Shown: one piece after another, positions 1-12,497 of the stretch
How positions within the stretch are numbered: position 1 is the first letter of the stretch
How the letters are laid out: each line of letters starts with the position of its first letter
Source of the DNA: Octopus vulgaris
Taxonomy: Eukaryota
Direction: 5' to 3'
DNA length: 64,000 nucleotides
NCBI GenBank assembly: GCA_951406725.2
Contig: OX597833.1
Span: 4,774,001-4,838,000 of the forward strand
Made by a program: the position numbers and the translations under genes
The notes under the pieces: generated by a model
What the model saw: the letters and a program-made list of their open reading frames with translations, nothing else
The model's database searches: none
Told to the model about the DNA's origin: nothing

Positions 1-671
1 TCTGTTTTCCATGCTGGCATGGGTCAGATGGTTTGACAGGAGGTGACCAACTAAAGGGCTGCTCAGGCCTCATCCCCGTTTTGGCATGGTTTTATGGCTG
101 CCCTTCCTCACGCCAGAGTGACACTGGTTGCTTTTACACAGCACAAGCACAGGTGCTTTTTATGTGGCACCAGCACTTACCGACCTGCAAGAAAGCTGGC
201 ATGGGTCAGATGAGTATACTGAGGGAAGACTTTTCTACAACCATAGGCCCTTCCTGATACCATCCTCCCACCTGTTTCCAGGTGAGTTAATAATCTCCCA
301 GATTATCAAAGAACAAACACCAGAGTCACGGTTATTTGAAGAACTTGAAACTAATAATACCGACAGAGGGAGCCTTTCGTTTATAAAGTCCAAGCAGCAT
401 TTTTTAAAGCTTGGACATGCTGTTGCGATGGAGCTGCAAGGAAGCAAAACTGTTTGTGAGGTCACAGCTTACAACTTGTGACCATATATGAAGGTGAGAA
501 GAAATGCACACTCACTCACACAAACACATGTGCACATACTTTATACGCACTTTCTGACAAGTTGTGGTGCACCTGAGCACTGTATACAATAATTTCATTA
601 TTATTATACTATATACGCGCACACACAAACATATGCATACCATGGGTATGTGAACTTCTGTGCAAATGATA

Positions 672-1032
672 CTGGCTGTGTAGTAAGATGCTTGCTTTGA
701 ATCACAAGGTTCTGGGTTCAGTCCCACAGCATGGCACCTCGGGCAAGTGTCTTCTATTATAACCACGGGCCGACCAAAGCCTTGTGAGTGAATTTGGTAG
801 ACGGACATTGAAACAAAGCCCATTGTAAGTATGAATGTATGTGTGTGTGTGTGTGTGTGTGCATCCCATCACTGCTTAACACTTGGTGTTGGTGTGTTTA
901 CATCCTTGTAACTTAGCAGTTCAGAAAAAGAGACTGATGGAATTAGTACTAAGTCTTAAAAAATAAATCCTGAGGTTGACTTGTTTGACTAAAACCCTGA
1001 AAGGCGGTGCTCCAGCATGGCCACAGTCAAGG
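672..1032 (+). mobile_element. tRNA-derived SINE family A
   Basis: Head TGGCTGTGTRGTAAG...GGTTCAGTCCC (A/B-box-like), internal TG microsatellite, tail GGCGGTGCTCCAGCATGGCC; more than 10 homologous copies in the window. Confidence 0.85.
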
Positions 1033-1074
1033 AATAAGGGTGGGTATATCAATAGATACATACACATACATTTT

Positions 1075-1398
1075 TTTATTCGTTTCAGTCATTTGACTGC
1101 GGCCATGCTGGAGCACTGCCTTTAGTCAAACAAATCTACCCCAGGACTTATTCTTTGCTGAACTAAGTTACGGGGACATAAACACACCAGCATCAATTGT
1201 GAAGTGATGTTGGGGGGACAAACACAGACACACATATATATATACGATGGGCTTCTTTCAGTTCCTGTCTACCAGATCCACTCACAAGGCTTTGCTCAAC
1301 CTGAGGCTATAGAAGACACTTGCCCAAATGCCACACAGTGGGACTGAACCCAGAACCATGTGGTCGGTAAGCAAGCTACTTACCACACAGCCACTCCT
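1075..1398 (-). mobile_element. SINE family A, inverted relative to the 672-1032 copy
   Basis: Reverse complement of the same head, body and tail. Confidence 0.85.
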
Positions 1399-1430
1399 CC
1401 GCCTATACATACATACATATATATATTTAT

Positions 1431-2280
1431 TAATAATTAAGGGTACTACAAGCAGTACCAGCATGCTAAAATAGCAGTCAAAATGACTCAGACCACAAGT
1501 TTTCACTTAAACACAAAAGTGAAGGTCGGTAGATGAGCCAAATCCTTAAGACTCTGTACCAACGACAAAAATAATCGGAAATTGGAAAAGTCAGACATAC
1601 CTGTATCACTGTGATTTCAAACTTTGACAAAATACCATTAGTTCATCCCAAGAGTATTGTGTCCAAGTTTGAAATCACAGTGATACAGGTATGTCTGACT
1701 TTTTCAACTATTTTTGTCATTGGTATGGAGTCTTAAGGATTTGTCAAGGTGGTGAGCTGGCAGAAACGTTAGCATGCCAGGTGAAATGCTTAGCAGTTTT
1801 TCGTCTGCCGTTACATTCTGAGTTCAAATTCCGCCGAGGTCGACTTTGCCTTTCATCCTTTCGGGGTCGAAAAATTAAGTACCAGTTACGCATTGGGGTC
1901 GATGTAATCGACTTAATCCGTTTGTGTGTCCTTGTTTGTTCCCTCTGTGTTTAGTCCCTTGTGGGTAGTAAAGAAATAGGTATTTCACCTATCGCTATAT
2001 TCCGAGTTCAAATTCCGCCGAGGTTGACTTTGCCTTTCATCCTTTCGAGGTCAATAAATCAAGTACCAGTTACGCACTGTGGTCGATGTAATCGACTTAA
2101 TCCGTTTGTCCCCTATGTGTTTAGCCCCTTGTGGGTAGTAAAGAAATAGGTATGGAGTCTTAAGGATTTGGTTCATCTACCGACCTTCATTTTTGTGTCT
2201 AAGTGAAAACTTGTGGTCTGAGTCATTTTGACTATTATTTTAAGCATGCTAGTACTGCCTGTAGTACCCTTAATTATTAA
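1431..2280. mobile_element. Foldback (long inverted-repeat) element interrupted by a SINE
   Basis: 1431-~1635 is the reverse complement of ~1655-1743 joined to 2171-2280; centre near 1640-1655. Confidence 0.8.
1744..2148 (+). mobile_element. SINE family C (dimeric body) with 22-bp target-site duplication
   Basis: TSD GGTATGGAGTCTTAAGGATTTG at 1722-1743 and 2149-2170; GAGTTCAAATTCC B-box; core GTCGACTTTGCCTTTCATCCTTTCGGGGTCGA duplicated. Confidence 0.9.
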
Positions 2281-4469
2281 TTGAAAATTTTACGTTTATG
2301 GTTTTTTACGCATGCTAAGCCACTGATATTATTAGGCGCAGGAGTGGCTGTTTGGTAAGTAATAAGGTGCATGAGTGGCTGTGTGGTAAGTAGCTTGCTT
2401 CCCAACCACATGGTTCCAGGTTCAGTCCCACTGCATGGCACATTGGGCAAGTGTCTTCTACTATCATCATCATTGTTCGACTGCGGTCGAGACGATGCAA
2501 TTTACTATGTTACGCCAGACCTCACGGTCCGTCATAGCATTACGGAGGTCCTGCTGCTGGATGCAATTTCTATCGAAGCATTTATTTATTTATCAAAATC
2601 TGAGTAAATTTTTACCAAAATCTGTTTTATTTAACGATAAAAAGGAATTATAAAAATAAGAAAAATTATTAAATCCTACACTGGAGGACGAAAATCCTTC
2701 CACCACTCTTTCTCATATTACATAAACATGGCTCGGAGAAGCCTTCTCTCAAGTTTGTTGCTGTCACGTATTTATTACTACTACTACTATTACCGTTTCG
2801 ACAGCTGTAAATTTATAATTACAAACAGCATTCCTTAATTCACACCAGTATATAGAAAAGTTCTTCGTAGACTATCAGCACCAATCACCATATCTGTAAA
2901 TACCATTAAACCATACTAGCATCGCCCGAAACCTATTTCTATGTTAAAAGGCTACCATCCGTCGATTCGAACACTCGTCAACAGGCTTCAAAGTACTTCC
3001 TGCTCCTCGTTCGAATGTATAAACCGACTGACTGAACCTGACTAATTTTCTCGTGACACCATAAACTCCTGCTACGAACTGCCTCGTTCATTTCTTCTCT
3101 CTTTTCTGAATGCCAGTTATTTTATTCATTCAGGCAGGAGGAAGAAGGGAGGCTCCTTCGTCTCTACCGAAGATGAAAAAAATTCTCAGGCAGCTACGAG
3201 ATTTCTACAAGCCGCAAGATTCCACATAATCCTTTAGGGGAGCTGCGGTGTGTAAGTTATACTAGGATTATTATCTGGAAGGAATTACGGATCTTTTCCT
3301 TTTGAAAGCCAGATTTTCCTAGTTAACTAAACAATTTGAAACTTCGTATACTGGTAGAATGTGTCAAAAGAAAACATAATTGTAAACCAAAATGAAAACG
3401 GAATTGTAATTTCTAAGTTTAACGTTGTTTAATAATTCAGTAATTAAACATTTCGTAATAGATCATATTACTGAATACTGAACATGCATATAATGTGTGT
3501 GTGTGTAAAACTCCAGCAAAGGCTCTTCTCATTTCATAGAAGAAAGCTCCGACCAGATCAACACTCCCTTTGACGTATCTGTGTCATCATAGATACGTAA
3601 ATGGAATCGTTTAATGGAACAGGCAAAACTTGTAGAGAATGATTTAAATTACGTTCACACCAGGCAAGGAAGAGATGATACTAGAAAAGACTACAAAAGA
3701 CCGAGCCCCTTGAGGATGCGACAGACGTCAAAGTATGTCGATTATTGACGACTTTTAGACTATCCAAAAGGAAGCGATTAATTAGATCAGCTGTCGACCA
3801 GAGTAAAGAACGTCAGAGAGACAGAAACCATAGAGTTTCCGTTGATATTTCTACCCCTACATCCGGCAACCGTACCGTAGAAATTCCCCAACGCCTGGTA
3901 CTTTCTAAATCAACAAGAACTTGTAAAATTATCCTGTGTTTAAATTTGTAAATTCAATTTCTATTAAATTATAATCCAACCCTTTCAAGTTAAGCAGTGC
4001 GCTTATGGGGGCACATGCTTTGCAATTAGTACACAAATTAGAGAAAATTAAATGTGCGCAAACGAAGTTTTCACCAGGAAATCGAATATTTTTTAAAATT
4101 AAGGATGGCTAATCGTATTCATGCAACGACAAAATTTACACTAATTAGCTGAAAAAACAAAAACAAAAAAAAATCCCCTAATTTATAATTAACCGAAGTG
4201 AAAGTTGGCTAATATTGTAATTGTTTAGCATCAAAATAAAAGGAATATGCTTAATATGTAAATATTAATAATGATACAGCTGTGATATGATGCATGCATC
4301 AAACCTAAACGGGTGACGCCAATTAGAGTAGAAATATAGACGGTAATTAGGGTTAATTAATTAACTGGGAGGGAACGTGTTAGGTGAAGAGTGGAATTAA
4401 CAGTTATGTCCCTTGCATCGACTTCCGGTACCACCCTAGATACGGCTCGTGACGATGTGTGTGTGTGTG

Positions 4470-4500
<31 letters not shown>

Positions 4501-4680
4501 CTCCCTTTTAAATTGATTAAACCATTATTAAAGGCATCTTAACTATATATGTGTGTGTGTATTTGTTTAGTGTTAACTGCTGAAAGAACAGATACCGTAC
4601 TAGATCCTGTGCAGAAACAGGTGAAACTCAGATTGACTCAACCAAAATTACACACACACACATATATATATATATACACA

Positions 4681-4724
<44 letters not shown>

Positions 4725-4750
4725 CATACACACATATATATATATACACG

Positions 4751-4784
<34 letters not shown>

Positions 4785-4922
4785 CACACACACATATATA
4801 TATATATACACACACACACATATATATATACACACACGCACACACATATATATATACACACGCATATATATACATACACACACACGCATATATATATATA
4901 TACATACACACACATATATGTA

Positions 4923-5016
4923 GGCGGAGGTAAAGAATATGCACACCACCCGTTTATGGCGTTTAGGGTTAGGGTTATGCCGAAAACGGGTGGAGTGCGT
5001 ATTCTCTACCTCCGCC
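4923..5016. mobile_element. Palindromic MITE-like element with (TTAGGG)2 in its loop
   Basis: ~38-bp imperfect arms GGCGGAGGTARAGAATAYGCAC..CCACCCGTTT; loop contains TTAGGGTTAGGGTTA; sits in a TA/CA tract. Confidence 0.7.
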
Positions 5017-5624
5017 AATATATATAAAAAATGTGTGTATGAATAGTTGATGTCATAAGAATAAATACATTTTCGAGAGAACGTGAAATAATTTCTAACC
5101 CAATATCTGTGTGCTTCGAGATCCAATTACAAAGGGAAAACGACACACACACAAGTATGTGTATGTGCGCGCACTTGTAGATAGTATTTCGTCTCAGTTG
5201 AAACTTAACCGAACACACCCACGAAACTAAGGAAGGAATATTATAAATACGATCATCCTGTCTTTAGTGATACGAAAGATTACATTACCTAATATGCCTT
5301 AATCTCACTTTTTAAAGGTAGCACAGAGTGGACTGAGGGAGGTTTGAGAGCAATTTTAAACAGGTCGAGCAACAACGTAGAGGCCTTCTCCTTGTCTTCA
5401 TCGTGAATCTGTTTGTATTTCAAGTATTATAATGTTTGAAAACATGGGAAGTAAATAATGTTATTCTTGTAGCTATTTACTATAACTATACAGGGAAGAA
5501 TTAGAAAGCCATGTGTCCCTTCACAGCTGATAGAGAATAAAATATGATGCTGAATATAGAGGGAAGAGAATTAGAAAGGGTTCGCCCCTAACGTAATGGA
5601 ATAGAATCAGCTGTAACTTTGCAG

Positions 5625-5810
5625 CTTATAGGGAAGAATATGGCAAGCATCATAGAATCCTCAATCGGCATTTTTCGGACGATTGAAGTCCCTCTTCGTG
5701 TAAGAGCTAAAATGCTCTAATGCACATAAATGTAAGCATATACACTAAGAGGAACTTTAATCGTCCGAGAATGGGATCTGACGATACGCCATAAAGCTAA
5801 GCCTCTTATG
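5625..5810. repeat. Degenerate inverted repeat
   Basis: TCGGACGATTGAAGTCCCTCTTCGTGTA pairs with TACACTAAGAGGAACTTTAATCGTCCGA; weaker pairing extends outward. Confidence 0.6.
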
Positions 5811-6494
5811 GACGGGAAACCTAAGGTAATCCCATAAACGGGCCTTCCACATTTTTAATATGTGTGTATACACACAAACGTGTATCTATCTCGTTGCCTG
5901 GACATTTTGTGACAGTTGTAAATGAGTGTCACTGTCATACATGCGATGTCGTTCACATCTTATCTTGAATGAACATATAGCAGGCTATGGGGGAAATAGT
6001 ACTTTGGAAACGGATGGGGTTGGTAACAGGAAAGATATCCGACCGTAGAAAATTTGACTCAACGAACTCGGTCAAACCCGTGTAAAGTGAACGTTAAAAC
6101 AATGATGTTGATGGTCTATACGGTATGCAACACAGTCTACATTGTGTGTGAGAGTATATATATAGTCTGTGAAACCAAATCTATGCTATGCGAAGCGTGG
6201 TCTGTGTAGTTAGTGCGAGACCTAGTCTGTAGATACTAAGACAGTCTACACAGCGAGACACGGTCTATGGTAGTAGAACTTAAGGAAAGAACTTAAAACA
6301 AACAACGCGTTGATTCTACACAAACACACAGACAGGGGTATATATGGGTGCATGTATGAAAATGTCACACACACACACACATATATATATATATCAATAA
6401 TAAAGGGTGAAATTAATTAATTTAGAAATAATCATCAATTTCACCAAGTAGATTTCGGCATGTAAAAGACCCATTCAAGGAAGGTTTAAGTAAT

Positions 6495-6729
6495 ACTAAG
6501 TAATTAAGGGTTTAGCAACGATTTGCCTCACCACACACCGAATTTAGAAATAGCAGTCAAAAAGTTTTGGCTATTCTTTCTACTTAAAAGGGGAGATCCC
6601 AGTAAAAGTGCTTTGGTTTTACTGGGATCTCCCCTTTTAAGTAGAAAGAATAGCCAAAACTCTTTGACTGCTATTTCTAAATTCGGTGTGTGGTGAGGCA
6701 AATCGTTGCTAAACCCTTAATTACTTAGT
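6495..6729. repeat. Near-perfect palindrome, 113-bp arms, 9-nt loop
   Basis: 6495-6607 is the reverse complement of 6617-6729 with few mismatches. Confidence 0.9.
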
Positions 6730-7519
6730 GTATATATATACATATATATACACACACGCATAGGTGTCTAATATGTAAAATTTACATACACACATGCACG
6801 GCTATTAAATATATATACATAACAGACGTGCATGAGAATATATATATATCCTAATTGTGGCTACTAAAACGGAAAATTCCACGGCTATTAACTTCGTCAC
6901 GCTCAACATGTCCCACAATGGGAAACTCGGCCAAAAGCCTCACGTGACGAAGTGTGGGGCAGAAAACACTCGAATAAAAAAGACAGGATGGTCGCAATTG
7001 GAATACCTTCGATCCTAAGTTGACTCGATAACCAGTTGACCTGGATCTGAACAACATGTTGGCTTAGTTCTTGTTTATTTATTTATCTCTTTTTGTTTTG
7101 CTAATTATATCAAATTTCTGTCTGTAGTAGTTCGACAGAGGAAACATCGGTGGGAACAGACGGGACAAATACTATTTGAGGATGAGAGCAAAATGATGAT
7201 TTGTCTTGTGATGTTGTTTATAACGAAGATGACACTCAGTGGGAGGGAGAAATAATTGACAAGCAGACACACAGATGATGGTTACAGACTAATAGGAATG
7301 AATATACATACATAAACACACACACACACACACATATATATACATACATTTATGTGTGTCCGACGAACGGGAACATGAAACTCTGAGTAACAGTTTTAGT
7401 GATATTTCTGCTGCTTTTTAATAAAGCATATTACTCTACCTCTGGTATTCGAGTACTATTTTGACCCTATTTTTCTCACCTTGTTTCGCTTTTATGTGCT
7501 TTTATATATATATATATGT

Positions 7520-8089
7520 ACATATACAAACATTCACATATATACACACATATAAACAATATTTATACACATATAAATAAATACTTATACACATATGCAT
7601 AATTGAACATACATAAGCACACATACACACGTATGTATGTACGTATGGTTCCTTAGGATTTAGGTTTTTCCTTGTATGTATGACTATGATACAGAAAAAC
7701 CTTATAATTAGAGCACCTGTCGCCGTGTCATATATACACATATAAATAAGTATTTATACACATATGCCCAATTGAACATACATAAGCACATATATATACA
7801 CACGTATGTATGTATATATGGTTCCTTAGGATTTAGGTTTTTCTTTTTTAGTATGGCTATAATACTGGAAAACCTTATAATTAGAGCACCTGTCGCGGTG
7901 TCATATATACACATATAGACAAACATAAATACTTATACACATATGCCCAATTGAACATACATAAGCATACATACATATACACACGTATGTATGTATATAT
8001 GGTTCCTTAGGATTTAGGTATTTCTTTTTTAGTATGTATGACTTATAATATTGGAAAACCTTATAATTAGGGCACCTGTCGTGGTGTGA
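7520..8089. repeat. Tandem repeat, about 3 units of 170-210 bp, in WASL intron 1
   Basis: GGTTCCTTAGGATTTAGGT and AAAACCTTATAATTAGRGCACCTGTCG each occur three times. Confidence 0.85.
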
Positions 8090-8238
8090 CAGGCCTTGAA
8101 TTAAAACTAGGAAGGTAGTATAAGGATGAAGATGGTAATAGGAGAGATGATAATGTCCCAGCGACCAAGGAAGGCTGTCGTAGGAACGGTGAATGGATCA
8201 AGGAAAGAAGGTGTTGCTTCGGAATGGTTCTTACTCAC

Positions 8239-8346
8239 CACACATCCTTTGCCAAGGCAACTGAACAGCAAGTCATTTTCCTGGGAGTTTAGTAGCAAAC
8301 AGCCGACGTTTGTCGCTTTTTTCGACACATTATTGTTTTGACTCAT
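8239..8346 (-). CDS. WASL: Wiskott-Aldrich syndrome protein family (N-WASP/WASP), first coding exon
   Basis: MSQNNNVSKKATNVGCLLLNSQENDLLFSCLGKGCV matches the N-WASP N-terminus as recalled (TNVGSLLLTPQENESLFTFLGKKCV); 36 codons ending at a phase-0 GTGAGT donor (8238-8233); exon 2 not found in the window. Confidence 0.92.
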
Positions 8347-8454
8347 GTTGAAGCCGGTCAGTTTTGCTGTCAGCACTTTACGTCATCATTTTTCTCAAAG
8401 AAATAATCTCCCCGAAGAAATTTTTTCATTTACCAAAAGGAAATTGTAGGAAAG

Positions 8455-8605
8455 TCCACCATCGACGTTGCCTCTATGACGACGACTGCTACGCGACTTC
8501 CGGCTAATCACTCCCATAATCGCTAAACATCAATCAACGACTCAAACGAAAAAATACAAACCGAATCACCGCAACTCAGGGATATTAATCCGCACGAGCA
8601 CTTGA
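8455..8605 (-). promoter_or_regulatory. Probable WASL promoter / TSS region
   Basis: Locally CpG-rich unique sequence 110-260 bp upstream of the ATG; ETS/GABP-type CCGGAAGT (ACTTCCGG 8496-8503). Confidence 0.55.
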
Positions 8606-9282
8606 CATAAAATAAAAAGAACACACACACACATACACACGCACATACACAGTCGCAAATTAAAGAAAATAATCCCATGGAAGTTTTCCAATTTACGACT
8701 TATAATAAATATTATTTTATCATAGAATAAATTCTGTTAATTCCTAACATTTCTTAAAGGCAAATGAAAGAAAAATATTTCGGTTTAACTTTTTAGTTAA
8801 TGTTTGTAAAGTGGATGTCTATCTAGAGTTAAGTGTTGGCATTTGGTCAAGTTCATGGACGTGGGCAATTCCCGAAATTAATTTAGTGTCTCATGTTGTA
8901 AGGATATTGCAATTTCTTAACAATGTAGTGACTGTTTATTGATTTTATCGATTATAATATTGTATTTTAGCTGCGTAAAACCTTCAGTGTCATCATTCAT
9001 GCTTTGGTTCGTCGTTCCTAAGTCAAGGGGGCGTATTAAAAGAGATGCGAGAGACAGAGAGAGTGAATGAAAACACTGGTGACAAGGAACACGGACAGAG
9101 GGAGATGTCTGAATGGAAATGGTACTATACCAATCAGTTCCAAGGAGTAGGGGCAACGGAAGTTGCAATAGAAGGCCGCCTTAAGGCCAGGAAAGGAGGC
9201 TGCACCATTAGGGGCAACGGAAGTTACTATAGAAACGGACAGGAAGGGAGGCTGCACCTGTAGGGGACAAAGGGGTCGGAAT

Positions 9283-9375
9283 GCACAGTTATGCTCAGTC
9301 GGTAGAGCATGAAACCTTTAAGAGTGAACCTCAAAGATGATGTGAGGGTCACGGGTTCATGTCCCTCTGCGGGCG
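9283..9375 (+). pseudogene. tRNA-Lys(TTT) pseudogene with ~19-nt intron-like insertion
   Basis: GCTCAGTCGGTAGAGCAT D-arm, TTT anticodon, insertion after position 37, TGAGGGTC..GGGTTCATGTCCCT..CGGGCG; acceptor, anticodon and T stems are mismatched. Confidence 0.7.
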
Positions 9376-9697
9376 CATCTTCCGTTTGTTGTAGTGTACC
9401 TAAGCACTGTACACAATAATTTCATTATTATTATTAGTCTGTCGGTGTAGGATATCTGAGGGAGCCTGCCTCCATTGTGGGTGTCAGTTAACGGAGCTCT
9501 TCATTTACTTGCTTCATTCATGGGCTACGGCCATGATGGAGCACTGCCGTGAAGGGTTTAGTCAGAAAAAAGTCTGCCCCAGGTCTAATGATTAAATCTG
9601 ATACTTATTTCTTTTCTTCTTATGTAGAAGAACTACCAGGGACTTAAACCATCGCCAGTTTCTAAGCGAGAGGAATACACACACGTACAAAGAGAAA

Positions 9698-9760
<63 letters not shown>

Positions 9761-11086
9761 ATAAAAAGACAATTGGTGCAACAGCTGAAGCCGCTAGATT
9801 GCAATATGGAGTCAGATTTTGAGACTTGACCCACCATATGTATGTGCATGTGCAAATATATACATACACAAGTGTTTATATATAAATAAATGGATAGATA
9901 GATATGCTTCTTTATTAGCCACACAGGGCTGCACACAGACGGGACAGATTACAAAATAGAGCTTTTCTTTATGGGGAGAAAAGAAGAAAAAAAAAAGTGG
10001 GGTAGGTTTTCGATCAAAAGGGATTGTAAAAGGGAAAGAAAAGAAAAAAACCGATCAGTAGGGATCGTGTATCACAGAAATGTCATGATAGATAGATAGA
10101 TAGATGAATGTGTGTGTATGTAAATAAATTACAAACACACACATACACACACAAAACTATGTATGTATATAATGTCCTTTGTAATTACCTCTGGGAGATG
10201 ATAGCTCTCTGTTAAGGGTATGTAATATGAATGGAGGGGGGTGACAGGTACATAAGCAAATGCCAAGGGTTCAAAATGAATGGTACCTGTAGGAGAAGGG
10301 AGGCCAGGAAGGCTTGGAATAAGGTGGGGAAAAATTATCTCAAGATGTAACATCTGACAATGTAGATAATTAAAGATTGTGTTGACTAATGATACATGAT
10401 GTTACACAAGATCTGACCTTCATTAGCTTAGCACATCCACCCAGGTACGCACCCTTATGGCATCTCCATTCACCTGTTGTCAGTCTTGTGCTTTTTCATT
10501 CCATGGCCATCTATTCTAACCCCTGTGCCAATCCTGTGCCCTCTCATCCAGGGCCAGATTAAGACACATAGAGGCCCTAAGCACTTAAAGGATTTTGGTG
10601 CTCCCACATATATATATATATATGTATATATAATTAAAAATATAAACAATAATAAACCATAAAATAAATTTTATTTTTCAAAATGAAACAAAATTAACAG
10701 AAAAATGGAAAATATTGTTTATTTTTGTATACTTCCATTTTATTTATATTTGAAAAGTTTTCTCCTATTTTTTTTTTTAATTACAATGTCTTCAATTAGA
10801 TTCTCATTATGACACCACAAACACTTTGAAATTATATTTCTGATTATATAAACCATGTTGAATATTATTTTAGTAAGTGTAAAGAGATTTCTTTTGTCTT
10901 GTAAACAATTTACCATTTCTGTGGTGCCTCTCTTCTCTTCACTCCTTTTATAATGTGGTTTCTGTAATAATGATCAGTGTTCAATTTGTAGCTGAAAGCT
11001 TCTACCGTGCAAAAATCTGTGAAATTTCTTCATGGCAAAAATGATCACAAGAGCTTCTTTCTCTATTTAACTAATTTTTTTTCTAG

Positions 11087-11645
11087 GCAATCCAACGAAG
11101 CTACACGAAGAAGATAGCCTCTGTGCACCATATAAGCTACTGGGAAAGACTCAAGAGATTAAGACTCTATTCCTTAGAGCGTAGGCGAGAAAGATATGCC
11201 ATAATATACATCTGGAAAATTCTAGAAGGACTTGTCCCAAACTTTGGCATCGAGAGTTACACAAATGCCAGAACTGGGTGCCACTGCGTGGTGCCAAGGA
11301 CTCCAAATTTGCCATCAAGATGTAGGACAAGATACTGTGATAGCCTGGGCTTCCGAGGCCCACAGCTCTTCAATATCCTCCCGAAGAACCTAAGAGACCT
11401 GCATGGGGTGGATGCAGATGTCTTTAAAATAAAACTGGATCTCTTCTTGTCAGGTGTCCCAGATGAACCAACTTCACGGCAGGAGGTGCAGATGAGGGCA
11501 GCTGCATCGAACTCTCTCATGCACCAAATGGCAGTTGCTAAAAAGCATTCGTGAAGTAAAATCATGTAGCAACACCAAATGGCGGTGCCCCAGCATGGTC
11601 ACAGCTCGTGAGCTGAAACTAGATAAATAAATAAATAAATAAAAA
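11087..11645 (+). mobile_element. 5'-truncated CR1-type LINE (ORF2 C-terminus, 3'UTR, (TAAA)n tail)
   Basis: SYWERLKRLRLYSLERRRERY...FNILP...FKIKLD motifs; stop at 11554; tail GGCGGTGCCCCAGCATGG..CAGCTCGTGAGCTGAAAC. Confidence 0.88.
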
Positions 11646-12229
11646 ATATCAGAGAATGTGAGGCGTGAACCACTGCCTTCATATTACTGTCTTTATTCTT
11701 TATATTTGTGTAGCATTACTGTTCCTATTCCGTATTCAGAAGCTACAACAATCTCCGCTGCAGGATCAAAATGAACCAGTGACAAATCCAATATTAATAT
11801 TTTTTTAATATTGTCAAACGCTTCTTGACAATTATTTGACCAATTCCTCTTCACATCCATTTTTAACAAATTATTTAGTGGAGCTCTCAATTCATGCATA
11901 TTTGGTATATAATTTTGATAATAATAATAATTTGCTAGACCTAAAAAGCTTGTAAGGTTGTTATATTAGTCAAAGGAGGCATATTTTTAGATGCATCTGC
12001 CCTCGACGGGTACAGTCGTCGTCCATTCCTGTCAATATTTTGTCCAAAATACTTAACTTTAGGTTAGAAAATTTCATGTTTTTTCTCAATCAGTGGAAAC
12101 CATAGTCTCTTATTTTCCCCAAAACACATTTTACATGCTTGAGATGCTGATCATGAGATTCACTTTTAATTAATATATCATCCAGGTATGGAATTGCAAA
12201 TTCACAGTCTGCTAACATTGTCTCCATAA

Positions 12230-12497
12230 CATCCTCATCATTTAGCGTCCGCTTTCCATGCTAGCATGGGTTGGATGGTTCAACTGGGGTCTGGGAAGCC
12301 AGGAGGCTGCACCAGGCCCAGTCTGATCTGGCAATGTTTCTACAGCTGGATGCCCTTCCTAACGCCAACCCCTCCATGAGTGTAGTGGGTGCTTTTTACG
12401 TGCCACTGGCACAGGTGCCAGACGGGGCTGGCAAACAGCCACGGTCAGATGGTGCTTTTTACGTGCCACAGGCACGGGGGCCAGGCGAGGCTGGCAA
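12230..12497 (-). mobile_element. Non-autonomous retroposon family B, (GAT)n tail
   Basis: GGCGTTAGGAAGGGCATCCAGCTGTAGAAAC core; splits the gypsy RT between PAIFQQ and METML. Confidence 0.85.

Noticed and set aside
235-465. Acceptor-like TTCCTTGCAG followed by SIATA, a possible WASL exon 2
   Set aside because: Phase 0 reads LHRNSMSKL*; no WH1 motifs (VVQLY, W, CFVKD) in any frame examined
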